Below are positions 36,085 through 50,301 of a DNA stretch of 64,000 nt, piece after piece. The position numbers were made by a program, and so were the translations under genes. This DNA comes from Vicugna vicugna. Its lineage: Eukaryota. The stretch lies in contig MU058650.1 of NCBI GenBank assembly GCA_013265495.1, positions 1,271,290 through 1,335,289 of the forward strand, given 5' to 3'. The notes beneath the pieces are model-generated. The model did no database searches and was not told the origin of the DNA. It was given only the letters and a program-made list of their open reading frames with translations. Within the stretch, counting starts at the first letter, position 1, and every line of letters begins with the position of its first letter.

Positions 36085-39000
36085 TTTGTTTTGAGATAAA
36101 ATTTACCTATGGTTAAATTCATAAATCTTAACTGTATAATTTTGTAAGATTTGACAAATGCCTACATCCCTGTTAAGATGCACAGTATCTTCATCATCCT
36201 TGAGAGTTTCCCCATGTCCATTCCCAGTCAGTTCCAGCTCCACTCCCACTTCCTTCCAGAAGGCAACTGTTCTGATTATTTAACATAGGTTAGTTTTGCC
36301 TGATCTAGGACTACATATAAATTCATACAGTATATATACTTTTTGTGTAAAGGTTTTTTCAATTCAGCATAGTGCTTTTGAGATTCAGCCATATTTTTGT
36401 GTATCATAGGGGTTTGTTTTCCAATGTGGTTGTAGTGTTTTACATGCTCACCAGTGAAGTATAAGAGTACTAGTTAATCCACATTCTCACCAATGTTTTT
36501 AGTGTTATCATTTTAATCTTAGTCATTCTGTGTGTAGTATTACCTCAGTATAGTTTTAATTCCCATTTCCCTTATGACTATTGATATTGAACACTTTTTC
36601 ATGTATTTTTTGGCATTTGTTTATTTTTCTTTATAAAATGTTCAAATTTTTTGCCTGTTTTTTCCCCCACTGGGTTGTTCCTTTTTATTAGTGAGCTACG
36701 AGTTTTTATATATTCTGTATATAGGTCCTTTGTAAGATACATGCTCTTCTTTGTGATTCTTCTTTTTTTTTCTTTGTGAAATTATTTTTTTTATTGAGTT
36801 ATAGTCAATTAACAATGTTGTGTCAATTTCCAATGTAGAGCACAATTTTTCAGTTATACATGAACATACATATATTCACTGTCGCATTCTTTTTCGCTGT
36901 GAGCTACTACAAGATCTTGTATATATTTCCCTGTGCTATACAGTATAATCTTGTTTATCTATTCTACATATGCCTGTCAGTATCTACAAATTTCAAACTC
37001 CCAGTCTGTCCCTTCCTGCCCTCCTCTCCCTTTGTGACAACCACAAGTTTGTATTCTATGTCAATGAGTCTGTTTCTGTTTTGTATGTATGTTCTTTTTC
37101 TTTTGTAAGATTCCACATATGAGCGATCTCATATGGTATTTTTCTTTCTCTTTCTGGCTTACTTCACTTAGAATGACATTCTCCAGGGACATCCATGTTG
37201 CTGCAAATGGTGTTATGTTGTCATTTTTATGGCTGAATAGTATTCCACTGAATGGGTGTTGACTTTTATTAATAGTGCTTTTTCTGTGTTGAAATGACCA
37301 TAAGGTTTTTCTTCCTTATTATTTTGATGTGGTGAAATACATTCATTTTTTTAAAAAAAAAATTTAACCAACATTGACCTCTTGGGATAAATTCTACTTG
37401 ATTGTGATGTATTATTCTTTCTACATTTGTATTTCTTCCTTGGAGAATTGCTTGTTTAGGTCTTCTGCCCATTTTTGGATTGGGTTGTTTGTTTTTTTCT
37501 TACTATATCATATTGGCTATTTATATATTCTGGAAATCAAGCCTTTGTAGGTTTCATTGTTTGCAAAAGTTTTCTCCCATTCCATAGGTTGTCATTTTGT
37601 TTTGCTTGTGGTTTCCTTTGCTGTGCAGAAGCTTGTAAGTTTCATTAGGTCCCATTTGTTTATTCTTGCTTTTATTTCTATTGCTTGGGTAGACTGTTCT
37701 AGGAGAACATTTTTGAGATGTATGTGAGATAATGTTTTGCCTATGTTTTCTTCTAGGAGGTTTATTGTATCTTGTCTTATGTTTAAGTCTTTGATCCATT
37801 TTGAGTTTATTTTTGTGTATGGTGTAAGGGAGTGTTCTAGCTTCATTGTTTTACATGCTGCTGTCCAGTTTTTCCAACACCATTTGCTGAAGAGGCTATC
37901 TTTATTCCATTGTATATTCTTGCCTCCTTTGTCAAAGATTAGTTGACCAAAAGTTTGTGGGTTCATTTCTGGGCTCTCTATCCTGTTCCATTGGTCCATA
38001 TGTCTGTTTTTGTACCAATACCATGCTGTTTTGATGACTTTAGCTCTGTAGTATTGTCTGAAGTCTGGGAGTGTTATTCCTCCAGCCTCTTTCTTTTTCT
38101 TCAGTAATGCTCTGACAATTCTGGGTCTTTTGTGGTTCCATATAAATTTTATTAGTTCTGTGAAATATGTTCTGGGTAATTTGGTAGGAATTTCATTAAT
38201 CTTCTTTTGTGGTTCTTGCTTTCTGTGTTTTTTTGTGAAAACCTTTGTCTACCTCTACCTCTAGGGTATGAGGGTATCTTTCTCTTTTCTTCTAGAAGCT
38301 TTATAATTTTTAGCTTTCACAGTTAGGTCTAAGAGCTACCTTAAATTGATAATTGCATATAGTGTAAGTTAGGTGTTAAATTTCTTTTTTTTTCTCTTCC
38401 ATATGGATATCAAGTGGTTTCATCACCATTTGTTGGAAATATTTTCCATTCCCCACTGCATTGCTTTGGTGACTTTTGTCAAAAATCAGGTGACTTAAAA
38501 ATGTTTATGTTTTTCTGGCCCATCTGTTCTAGTCCATTGATTTATATGAGCATCCTTAGGCCATTACAGACAGTCATGATTAATACTGTTCTGCAGTAAG
38601 TCTTGAAGTCAAGCGGTATAACTTTGTTCTTTTATTCCATCAGTGCATTTGATATGCTAGCGTAGAGAAATACAGTTGATTCTTGTACATTGATCTTATA
38701 TCCCATTACCTTGTTAAAGCTATTAGGTCTAGTAGTTCTTTTTTAGATTTCTTAAGACTCTCTGTGTAAATAATCATGTAATCTTTGAATAAAGACAGTT
38801 TTATTTTTTCCCTTCTCATGTTTATACCAGCTATTTCTTTTTCTGGCCTTGGTGTACTGGCTAGGATCATAAGTACGATGTTGAATAGAAGTAGTGAGGG
38901 TGGGGGTCCTTGCCTTTTTTGGCAAGCTTAAGGGGAAAGCCTTAATTTTTTGTCATTAAGTACAAAGTTAGCTGAGGATTTTTCATAGAAGCCCTTAATT

Positions 39001-41340
39001 GGGCTGCTTTTTCCCCTAATTATCGCTGAGTTTTCATAATGAATGGGTGTTGACTTTTATTAATAGTGCTTTTTCTGTGTTGAAATGACCATAAGGTTTT
39101 TCTTCCTTATTCTTTTGATGTGGTGAAATACATTCATTTTTTTAAAAAAAAATTTAACCAACATTGACCTCTTGGGATAAATTCTACTTGATTGTGATGT
39201 ATTATTCTTTCTGTATATTCCTGGATATAATTTGCTAGTTAGTGTTTTGTCAAACTTTTGGAATCTACTTTTGTGAAGGATTTACCTCTTTCTTTCTGGA
39301 CTATGTGCCTTGTGCAATTTTCATTTTTGTGATGTCTTTGTCATTTTCTGATTTCAGGATTATGCTGACCTCATAAAAAGGATTGAGAGTTACTCTTTCC
39401 TTTTGAATGTTCTAAAATAATTAGCGTAATTGGTATTACTTCCTTCTTTAATGTTTGATAGAATTCATCGGTAAAACCATTTGGGCATGAAGTTTTTAAT
39501 GAACAGATACTGCTTACAAATTTAATTTCTTTAATAGATGCAGGCCTTTTCCAACTTTTACATTTAGTCTAGTTTTAGTTTTGGTAAGTTGTGTTTTTCA
39601 AGAAATGTGTTCTTTTCAGTTGTCAAATTAAGGTACATGAAGTTGTGAAGTTCTATATTACTCTTTTCTCTGTGGAATTATAAATATAATCACAGTATAA
39701 CTATCAGAATCAGGAAACTGACTTTGAGGCATAATACCATCTGCTCCTCAGACCCCTTTAAATTTATTGACCATAGAGCTTTTTTGTTGCTGTTGCTGTT
39801 TTTGTTGTTGTTTTAGCAGAAGGATCCAGTCCAGAACCATGTGTTGCATTTGGTTGTTATATTTCTTTTTCTTTGGCCTGGAACCATCTCTCCTGTGAGT
39901 CTCATGACTTTGACGTTTTTGAAGCCTGCAGTCCAGTTTGAGTCAGTCTGGTATTTTTATGATTAGATTCAGGTTTGCACGTTGGGCTGAAGTGAGGCTT
40001 TATTGTTCTTATCGCAGCTTGTCCGAGGGAAGGTGCGTGGTTTTGACTTACTCCATTACTGACTGTGTTTAGTTTGATCGCCTGATTGGGTTAGTGCCTG
40101 CCAGGCTTCTCCACTCAGTTATTCATTTTCTTATTGTCAGTAAGTATTTGTCGATAGGTGCTTTAAACTGTGTGAAGATCCCATCATTGCTTGTCAGATC
40201 TTCAGTTTATACATTGATTTGTCATTTCAGTATGGACTCATGGTTTATGATTTTTGTTCAGTAGGTTATAATTTACTTTTTTTTTCTTTATTTTGATTTT
40301 CAAATTAACCTAGATTTCACTAGTGAGAGCTGGTTTCTGGGTCCTTTTGACAGTGAACTCTTCCTTTCTTTTCGGCACACGAGGATTTCCAGACTCATTT
40401 TTTACTTGCCCTTCCCTTGCCTCAGAATCAGCCATTTTTTCACGGAGTCCTACTTCCTTTTAGTGAGCAGTGGTATTTCGTGGACAAAGTCTGGTGCTGG
40501 GTTTATTCATTGCTGTTGCGGTGTTACTGCTCTTAGACCCTCTCAGTGGACAGACTTAAAGATATACAATGTAGTGCCTGGTTTCCTGGCAGATGCATTC
40601 CTCACCCTGCTGAGGCTCTGAGTCCCCGGCCTGGGCCCCCACCTGTGTGAATGCCTTCCCCATCCCACTGGAACCTTTGCACCTCCCACCGTGCCTCCCT
40701 TGTGTGGGCACCCTCCTCACCTGTCTGGTCTCTCATATGCCGTACGTGTCAACACACCCTTTGCTGTTTGGGCTTTGACATCTGGATGCTAGGCCTTTCC
40801 AGTGGGTATCTGATTTGCTGAGCCTAGGCTCTGACTCCCCATGCAAGGCTGCAGCCCTGCGGGAATGGCTTTTCCACTCTGTTTAGGCTTTCATGTCCCT
40901 GTTTAAGTTTACTGCTACGTATGTTTTTCTTTTGGATGTTATTATAAATGAAATTGTTTATATAATTTCCTTTTGGATTTTTCATTGCTCGTGTGTGAAA
41001 ACACAGCTGATTCTTGTGTGTTGATCTTGCACCCTGCACCTTTGCTAATAAATGCATTCATTGACTCTAGTAGCTTTTTTGTGGATTCTTTCATATTTTG
41101 TGTGTACAAGGTCATGACATTTGTGAAGAGAGATACTTTTACTTGTTCCTTTCCAATTTGAATGTCTTTATTTTTCTTGCCTAATTGTTCTAAGTAGAAT
41201 TTATAGAACTTCTAGCACAGTGATGAATAGCAGTGGTGAATATGGGTGTCCTTGTCTCATTCCTGATTTAGGGGAGAATGCCGTCAGTATTTCACCATTG
41301 AGTATGTTAGCTGTGGGTTTTTGATGACTGTGTTATTCTT
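36085..41340 (-). mobile_element. Old L1M cluster in intron 11 (hosts the younger L1 below)
   Basis: Degenerate L1 3'-end and ORF2 motifs throughout; degenerate GC-rich repeats at 40590-40890 typical of L1MC-type 3' ends. Confidence 0.75.
36762..38199 (-). mobile_element. Young 5'-truncated LINE-1 with probable TSD
   Basis: Open ORF2 C-terminal piece at 37592-37999 ([10 protein letters not shown]...KWCWKNW), 3'UTR and T-tract; flanks tcttctttgtgattctt (36745-36761) / tcttcttttgtggttctt (38200-38217). Confidence 0.9.
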
Positions 41341-41719
41341 AATAGCAGCATGGCTTTATGTCTGGTAGGTACAGCATAGTTTATTTAATTGATCTTTTAT
41401 TGCTGCACTAAGTAGTTTCTGATATTCTCCTATTACTAATAGTGCTCCAGAGAATAATACTGTATATTTGCCATTTGATATACGTGAAAGTGTTTTTATA
41501 GTCTAGATCCTGAGAGGCGGGGATTACTGGATTTCCCTTTTTTTTTTTTAATTTAAGGTCACTGTGTCCTACCTTTAGCTCCAGATTAAGTAGAAATTTT
41601 CTGTGGAATAAAATGAGTATCATTAGCTGATCCAGGCAGCAGAACATGGGTGCTGTGGCTATTAGAGGTGGTAGAGGTAATGTTCTAGAAGAGTAAAGCT
41701 GCTAATAGCATCCAGGGTA

Positions 41720-43830
41720 TTTGAGAGACTCACCTCTCAGGAGGAATAGAGTAGTTCATGCTGAGCCAGTGCTTCCACTGAGAACAACCAAAAAAATCAG
41801 GTAAATTTAAGAAAATAGTAATTTTCCTATTATCAAAGAGCTACAGAAGCAACTAGAACAAGATGTTCAAATGTTATACAGATGAGAGAGAGCCTTTCAG
41901 AAGTTAGCAGAGGTTTTGTAGCTGCGTTTCCCTGAAAAGAAGCAGCTGAGAGTCTAGGCTTGGCTCAGGCTGAGCAGCACTGCTGGGGGACAGTAGGGCT
42001 CTGGGTCACCACACAGGCCTGGAATGACAAAGCCCCCTCGGTTCGCAGTTGAAAGCCCAGGAGAGACGTTCCGTACATTCAGTGGCTAACCAGGGGTAGA
42101 CTGATTCTTAGCTGAACTACAGCCCGTCCTTGAGCCAGCGCAGTTCCTGATTAAAGTGATTAGCCTCTTCCATGGCAGAATGAAGGGTGAACATACTCTT
42201 AATGGAAGATAAACATCATCTGGTACCTCTGTGATTCTTTTATATACAGTTCCCAGTGTTCAGTACAACATTACTAGTCCTGTGATAGCAAAGAAAGCTT
42301 ATGATCAACCAAGAGAAAAATCATTTTAGGGTCAGACTCTCAGATGACCCCAGTATTGGAGTTAGCAGATAAGGAGTTTAAAATAATTAAAAGTAATAAC
42401 TTAATCACAGTGAAATACCACTCACACTCACTGGGATGGCTGAAATTAAAAGGATATTAACAAGCTTTGGTGAAGATGTGGAGAGACTGGGATCATACAC
42501 AGTTGGTGTGCAGCTACTGTGGAAACAGTTTTATAGTAACTCAAGAAGTTTAACATAGAGTTAACGTAACCCAGCAGCTCCACTCCTGGGTATATACCCA
42601 AAAGAAACGAGAACATATATCCACTCAAAAACTTGCATGTGAGTGTTCATAGCAGCATTATTCTTAACAGCCAATAAATGGAAACAACACAAATGCCCAT
42701 TGTGTAATGAATGGATAAGCAAACTGTGATATGTGCATGCAACAGAATATTATTTAGTTACAGAAAGGGATGAGATTCTGATACATGCTACAGCATGAAT
42801 GATACCTTGAGAATATTACGCTAAGTGAAAGAGCTAGACACAGCAGGACAAATTTTGTATGATTTCACTTGTATGAGGTACCTAGAATAGGCAAACTTAC
42901 TGATACAGAAAGCAGACCAGGTGTCACAGGGACTGGGGTGAAGAGGGAATGGAAAGTTGTTTAATGAATAGAGGGTTTCTGTTTGAGATTATGAAAAAGT
43001 TCTGGACATAGTGATTATATTTGCATAACATTGTGAATGTACTTAATGCCACTGAAGTGCACACTTGAAATGGCTACTATCTAAGTCTTTTGACCATGAT
43101 AAAAAGGAAGGAATGAACACGCTGTGATCCAGAGGAACCATAAAAACATGCTGAGTAAGAGATGCCAGTTACAAAGAGTCACATATTGTATGGTTCCATT
43201 TATGTGAGATGTCCAGAATAAGAAAGTCCATAGAGACAGAAAGTAGGTTAGTTACAGTCACTGGCTGGGAGGGAGGGATTGCTGGAGAATGAGATTTGAC
43301 TGACTGCTTATGATTGTGGAGTTTCTTTTAGGGGTAATGAAAATATTTAAAATTTTATTTTGATGGTAGTTGCACAACTTTGTGAATATACTTAAAAAAA
43401 CATTGAATTGCACCCTTTAAATGGATAATTGTGTGGTATGTAAGTTATATCTCAGTAATAATCTTAACTAGACCATAAGTAATAATGAATAAATAATACA
43501 TGTTAACAAATAGGTAGAAGTTATTACCTGAGAAAAGGTGAAATATTTATAGAAATATGTGATTGGAATCATAGAGAATGCAAAAGAAGACACAAGCTAT
43601 TGACCAAAATTTTTCAAAATTGATGAAAGATGTGAACTTTTATATTCAATCATCTCTTTGAATCCCAAGCATGACCAATATAAATTAAACCATTCCTAGG
43701 CGCCATTCCATAGTAAGACAGCTAAAAACTGGGGAAAAACAAAACACTGAAACAGCCAGAGAACAAGGAGAATGACGCAGTACCGTCAAAGAAACAACAA
43801 AAAAAACTGACAGCTGTCTTCTTGACAGGT
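41720..43830 (+). mobile_element. Old L1M fragments (5'/ORF1-like pieces interrupted by L1MB-like 3' ends at ~42400-43460)
   Basis: ataccactcacactcactgggatggc..., gtgttcatagcagcattattc..., ttgcacaactttgtgaatatac. Confidence 0.7.
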
Positions 43831-45265
43831 TGAGTTAGGAGATACAGCAGTCATTACAGTAGTTCACACAGAAGCCAGGCACTGGCAGGGTGAATAGGTC
43901 GGACAAGCTGGGTGGGTTCTTGTGATGTAAGGAAGCTGTCTTCAGACTGGCCTGTGTCTACCTTGAGAGATACAGGAAGACTTGCCTGCAGTAACCAGTG
44001 TGGATACTTTTAAGGCCATTGCTTTCTAAATCCTCAACTTCCACATCTAATTTTTTCAGAAATTGACCCCTCTGGTGGAAGTATTGTTGCAGTTTCTCCT
44101 TTCCACTTCTCCTTTCTAGTTACTCTTTCCTGTTTTGTAAAGAAAGACCCGTGTCTCTTCCTTCTTACTCTGATTTGTTGCCTCACATTATAAAAAGCCC
44201 CCAAGTTGTGTAAGAAAGGAATATTTTGAAATACTACTGTTGATGTACAGAAAATGAATTTTTAGTGGCTAGGTATTGTATCCTTTTGCAAGATGGTTTC
44301 TAATTCTTTGCTTTCAACACAATTGATGGCTAATTTGATCCATTATTAAAAGTAGGTTTTTTAGATCACTATGTATTTTTTAGCAGATAACTCAGAAGGT
44401 GCTCAATGAATTGAGTAACATAAGGAAAACTTCTAGTCCTATCTACTTATTTATGGTAATGAGATTTTTCAGGGAAAATACATAAATTTATAAATATAAA
44501 AAGTAGAAGTAAAAATGATGATAATTGGGAGGGAAAATTTTGCATACGCATATGTTTGATACACACAGTATAATTACTTTGTTTTGGTAAGTTGTGTACT
44601 TACAATAATTTAGATAACTCATTTCTGATAACAGTTGAATTTATATACACAAGAAGTTTTAAAATGTTAAATTTAAATTTATTTACATATAGTTTAAAGA
44701 AGTAGGATAAAGAATAAATGCAAGACTTTCAAGCATAAAATACAATACACTGGTTTTGAAGTTTTGTTGGAAAAGTGAAATATAGATACAAGTTCATTGT
44801 TTAAGAGAGGTTTGTTTATAGTTTTTTTTTAAATGGATGATGGTAGATATTCATACCACTGTGGAATTTAGGTTACATTGGATATGTTTCAGAGTGAAGT
44901 AACAGTTTTATCTTAATACCAATAATGAAAAGTTTTAAATATTAACTTATATTCAAAGATTTACATAGTTTTTCAAAAGTATTTTAGAATATCTGAGTAA
45001 AATCTTTTAAAGATGATTGGCAGAGCTGATTGAGGCAAGGAGGTACAATTTTAAGGAGATGATACTGTTAGGGTTCTTCCTACAAGTGCACTTGCAGGAC
45101 CCTAAGAGTGAGTGCCTCCTTAAACCGTGACCCTAGGTGTAAACTTTCTCACCCTATTCCCATTGGATTTATATAGCATAAGAAATTCATTTGTGAAAAA
45201 TTGGCTTTAGAAAACATATTTCAGATTCAATCATTTTCATCAACTGCTTTTAATTTGTTTTTCAG

Positions 45266-45398
45266 GGTGGGATTAAAAACTCAGCCTGAATCAAAATGCC
45301 CTGAGCTGCTTGCCAATTACTGTGACATGTTGCTAAGAAAAACACCATTAAGCAAAAAACTAACCTCTGAAGAGATTGAAGCAAAGCTTAAAGAAGTG
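45266..45398 (+). CDS. CUL5: CUL5 exon 12 (133 nt)
   Basis: tttcag|G GTG ... GAA GTG|gtacat; VGLKTQPESKCPELLANYCDMLLRKTPLSKKLTSEEIEAKLKEV. Confidence 0.96.
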
Positions 45399-46281
45399 GT
45401 ACATACATTTTTTTTAACTTCAGATAGTTTAATTATCTTACTTTGAATTTGTGTTTTGTGTATAAGGTTTTCTGTGATAGCATTAATTTTTTTAACGTAT
45501 GTCTATAAGCAACTAATATTATGAAATTTTACCAGTGTAAGATCTCTGTAAAGCAGTTGTTTTTCTTCCTGAAAAATTTTATTCTATAGCTGCCAGAAAG
45601 GGAAATAGCATTTAATTCTTTCTCGATTCTTTTAAAAAATCTATTAAATTCTAGCTCCTATGAAAGGACAAAGCAAAAAAGAGAAATGGAACCAGCCGAT
45701 GGTGTTTGGAATGATGGTTGAGACTGGATGTTTTTCACTTCTTTCTTCTTGTGAGAGCTCAAAATAGATAACCAAGAGTGAATGAGTGTAGTTTCAAAGT
45801 TAGTTGCTTTCATTTTTATTTGTGTCTTGTTACTAGTGTAACATGATATAAGCCCAGGAAATCAAAGAAGAAAAAAATTAGTAAGCAAGACACAGAGAAA
45901 GTACAGACAAAAAGAGTTAGAGAGAAGAAGACTGGTGTCAGAATAAAGTGAAAAAGATACGTAGAAGAAAAAATTGGGGAAGAACCATTGATTTTCATAT
46001 AAAGTTTTATCACATTTTATATAAAATTTCAAAAATTGATATTTATAGGCACTCAAAGGTTATTTGGTTACAGTCTCTCAAGTTTGCTAACTTTTAAAGT
46101 AGTAAAATAATGTCAGGATTGGCTATTGTTCAAAGATGGTTACTGTTCAGTTTAATAGGCCTCTGTCTGTATATGTTTATATAAATTTCTGACTTTTGAC
46201 GGTGGGGAATGTAGAAAGGTCTAAATGAGAGGGATGGCTAAGAGCATATATAAATTGAAAGTCACTTTGTTTCCTATACAG

Positions 46282-46413
46282 CTCTTGGTCCTTAAGTACG
46301 TACAAAACAAAGACGTTTTTATGAGATATCACAAAGCGCATTTGACACGACGTCTTATATTAGACATCTCTGCCGATAGTGAAATTGAAGAGAATATGGT
46401 AGAGTGGCTAAGA
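46282..46413 (+). CDS. CUL5: CUL5 exon 13 (132 nt)
   Basis: atacag|CTC TTG ... CTA AGA|gtaagt; LLVLKYVQNKDVFMRYHKAHLTRRLILDISADSEIEENMVEWLR. Confidence 0.97.
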
Positions 46414-47016
46414 GTAAGTAAATTTTTAAAAAAATACTTGGTTCTCTTAAGATAGCACATGGTTCGTATGTGTGCTTAAGCAGTACAGTTTGGTGATAAT
46501 TGTTAATGTTGAAGAAATAGGGGACATTTTATAAGAATATGGCATCAATTATATAAAAAAAGTATTTTCTTAATAAAGAAGCACCTTTGCTCTTGCTTTG
46601 CTTCTGTTGTTGCACTCTTGTATCTCCACTCTCACTTATTGACGTTTTTAAATAAACTACTGGGCAAATCATTTCATTTTTAAAGGTATTTTTAGTACTA
46701 AATATTTAACCACAGAGATGTTTGTAAATAAATACATCTATAAAGGAAAAAGAACCAATAGGTAAAGGTGGTGGCTTATTTAGCATAATCAGTGCTAATT
46801 ATGACTACATTCCTATGTCACAGAATTTTAAGTTTGTCTCTTTCAGTTAATTTTAATGGAATTTGAGTTATATTAACATAAATTAATATGTCTTTCATTT
46901 ATATGTATGTATTCTATATAATATATAAATATGATAATAAGTACATAATGTGTATACTTACATGTATTTCATACATATGTCTTTCATTTATATTTGTATT
47001 TCAAATTGCAGGTTTA

Positions 47017-48954
47017 CAGATAGTCCTACTTTGCATGGTGGTGTGGGGTAGTAAAAATTACTGTGTAGTTGATCTTAAAATTAACAGTCAGTGGGGAAAA
47101 TTATTGTTCTACGGCTTAGAAATTTTTGTCAATATTAAAAGCTTACCATCTGTTATATAGGAAAATAAAAATAAATAAAATTAGTATGTATTTAGTACAT
47201 TAAGTTAAAACATAAACTTTCAGATTTAAAGTGGTTTTTTTTGTAAAAAAACTTTAAAAATGTAAAAAGAGTAGTTAGGAAAATACTTGCAATTCATATG
47301 TCTAATACTGTATCTAGAATATGCAAAGAACTCTTACAACCCAACAGTAAAGACAAATCGGTTACAGATGGGCAAAGAATTAGAATAGGCATTTCTTCAC
47401 AGAAGGTATACAAATGGTCAGTAAGTGTATGCAGAGACGCTCAACATCATTAGTCATCAGGGAAAGGCAAATCAAAACCACAGTGCGAAGCCACTCCACT
47501 CCCACTGCGACAGTGAAAAATCAGATAACAAATGCTGTCAAGGAAGAGGAGAAATTGGGACCCTCATGCATTGCTGGTAGGAATATACAGTGGTGCTGCC
47601 ACTTTGGAAAATTGACAGTTCCTTAAAAAGTTAAACTTAGAGTTAACCTGGCAAGTCTGCTACTAGATAATTCTGCTCAGTGGAAGTGAAAACATATGAG
47701 CACACAAAAAGTTGTGCATGAATGTTCATAGATAGTAGCATTATTCATAGTGACCAAAAAATGAAAAGAACCCAAAATGTCAAACCAGTTGACAAATAAA
47801 CAAAATATAGTTTATTCATGTGATAGAATATTGCTTGTCCATAAAAAGAAATGAAGTAATGATACATGCAACAACATGGATGAACTTTGAAAACATTTTC
47901 TAAATCAAAGAAGCCATTCACAGATGACATACTGTATGATTCCCCTAATTCAGTGTGTCCACAGTAGCCAAATCCTTAGAAACAAAAAACAAGGGTTTCC
48001 AGGAATGGAGGACTGGGGAAAATGGGGAGTGACTGCTAGTAAGCATGGAGTTTCTTTTTGGCATGATGAAAGTGTTCTAAAATTAGACAGTGGTGATGGC
48101 TACATAACTGTGTAAATACACTAAAACTTGATTAATTGTACACTTTAAAAGGGGCAAATTTTGAGACAGATGATTTGTATCTCGGTAACACTGCTACTAA
48201 AATGAAGAGTGGTTTGACTAGTACGTGCCTTCTTGTCATGTAACTCACAGTACACAGTGAGCACCTTTTGTATACCTTAAAGAGCTGTCATACTCCTAAG
48301 TTTGGATCAGCTTCCAAACTTTTGTCTTTTGGTCTTTCAAAGTCATGAAAGTTTTTGCTGGCATCACGTCGTATCCTTTTTTTTTATTGTCACTACCATT
48401 TTTTTCATTTATGTTGATAATTTGCCTTCATTAAGTTTCTGTACCTGCATATTTAAAGTCTTCACCATTGGCATTATCAGTAAACATTGAACAACCACAG
48501 TCAGCTCTTTTTTCTAAATTCCATTTATGTTCTATTTTATTTTCATTTCCAACATTGTTATATTTTTGGTGTACCATTGTCATCTTTCTTGACCAGTTAC
48601 GTCTTTTGATTATGCATTTTAATAAAATGCCATGTGGATTTATCACTGGAAGACGTGGAAGACAGGCAACAAGACTGCATGCTTTGCTGTCTGTGGGTGA
48701 ATTGAATAAACATGACTGACAGATTTTGAAAGAAGTATCTGTGATTGGTCACTGATATGATATACTCTATTATTAGTGGTGCAATAGATTGAGGATCCAG
48801 AAGTTATGTTAGTGCTTTATGTAACACTCACATTTAATATGTAGTGGTAATTGAAAGTTGAACTGTAGTGTTGAGAGACTGGTGTTATTTAACTGTACTG
48901 TGGTAACTGAAATTCATGCGTATTGGAACTGTGCCAGAAAGCCAGGATTGCCTG
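47017..48954. mobile_element. Tigger13-like DNA transposon split by an L1
   Basis: ta|cagatagtcctactttgcatggt ... aaagccaggattgcctg|ta: degenerate TIRs with TA target sites. Confidence 0.65.
47270..48200 (+). mobile_element. L1MB-like 3' end
   Basis: KCMQRRSTSLVIRERQIKTTVR remnant and a typical L1M 3'UTR. Confidence 0.85.
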
Positions 48955-49141
48955 TATATTCTGTTCAGTTTCTAAGAATCAAATTTAATAGGTATTAGAT
49001 TATAAACATTCTAATAAATAAAAGAGAAATGCAGAATTTTGTACTAAAGCATCTAACACTTAGTTTTCCATTAAAATTTTTTGCTAAGAGTATATCAGAT
49101 TATATATTGTTAATTACTTCTTCTGTCCTTGGTTTTCGTAG

Positions 49142-49265
49142 GAAGTTGGTATGCCAGCAGATTACGTAAACAAGCTTGCTAGAATGTTTCAGGACATAAA
49201 AGTATCTGAAGATTTAAACCAGGCTTTTAAGGAAATGCACAAAAATAATAAGTTGGCTTTACCAG
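49142..49265 (+). CDS. CUL5: CUL5 exon 14 (124 nt)
   Basis: tcgtag|GAA GTT ... CCA G|gtatta; EVGMPADYVNKLARMFQDIKVSEDLNQAFKEMHKNNKLALP. Confidence 0.97.
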
Positions 49266-49574
49266 GTATTATTTTATAATTACATACATGTTTTAACTTC
49301 TTAAGAAAGAGTATCTTTGTTTTCTAATAAATTAAAAATAAACCTAAGCAGTAATAGATAAAAAGATGTTACAAAGCCCATGTTCCGTGAAGGTACCCCA
49401 TTCCACAAAGCAGAATTTAGATTTGCTAATTCTTATTTTGAAACAAAAGGACACTTTTTAACAAAACCTTTAGAGTCTTGTTTATTTTTCACCAAAGCGT
49501 ACCCTTTAATTATTTTGAATTTTATCCATTGTTAAGATTATTTGCTTTATATTTTCTGGTATTCTTTCCTATAG

Positions 49575-49750
49575 CTGATTCAGTTAATATAAAAATTCTG
49601 AATGCTGGTGCTTGGTCAAGAAGCTCTGAAAAAGTCTTTGTCTCACTTCCTACTGAACTGGAGGATTTGATACCTGAAGTAGAAGAATTCTACAAAAAAA
49701 ATCATAGTGGTAGAAAATTACATTGGCATCACCTCATGTCAAATGGAATT
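49575..49750 (+). CDS. CUL5: CUL5 exon 15 (176 nt)
   Basis: ctatag|CT GAT ... GGA ATT|gtaagt; ADSVNIKILNAGAWSRSSEKVFVSLPTELEDLIPEVEEFYKKNHSGRKLHWHHLMSNGI. Confidence 0.97.
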
Positions 49751-49774
49751 GTAAGTAGATGGCGTTTTAGTTCA

Positions 49775-50200
49775 GATACTGGTTGGCTGAAAGTAGCAGG
49801 ACTCCAAATAAGATTTGCTTAGATAAGGTCCTTGCTGCTCTCAAAAGGGAAAGTCGGAGCAGACAGAGTGGATCTGTTTCACGAGATTGCTAGGGACATA
49901 GGCTTCTGGTTGTAGCACCGTGCTTGAGGTCTTCTTTTGCCTGCAGAATCCAGTATACTTCTCACTATGCCTGTCTTCCAGCCCAACAGGAAGGGAAAGA
50001 TAAAGAGTATAGCTTTCTTTAAGGGCAACTTCTAGAAGTTTCCCCCATTGTTTCCACTCAGATCTCATTGGCCAGCACTTAGTCACATGGCCACATTTGG
50101 TCAGGAAAGCTGAGAGATGAGTCTTTATTCTGAGTAGTCATTAAGGTCTGCTAAAGTTTTTATTACCATGTAAGAAAGGAAGAATAGATATTGGAAGACA
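49775..50200 (-). mobile_element. MLT1-like LTR
   Basis: tcattggccagcacttagtcacatggccac...gctgagagatgagtcttt. Confidence 0.65.
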
Positions 50201-50301
50201 GCTGGCAGTCTTTTTTATACATAATCTCATGTAAGATATATTATAGATACACGGTAATATCATAAAGAGATTATTTTTTTAAATTGTTTTATCTATTACA
50301 G

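Noticed and set aside
40590..40890. GC-rich imperfect repeats (cctcaccctg..aggctctga) as a novel array
   Set aside because: Consistent with the degenerate repeats known from L1MC-type 3' ends and embedded in an L1 cluster.
46225..46281. In-frame intronic ATG extension of exon 13
   Set aside because: A 19-codon open stretch is expected by chance, and a good acceptor exists at 46281.
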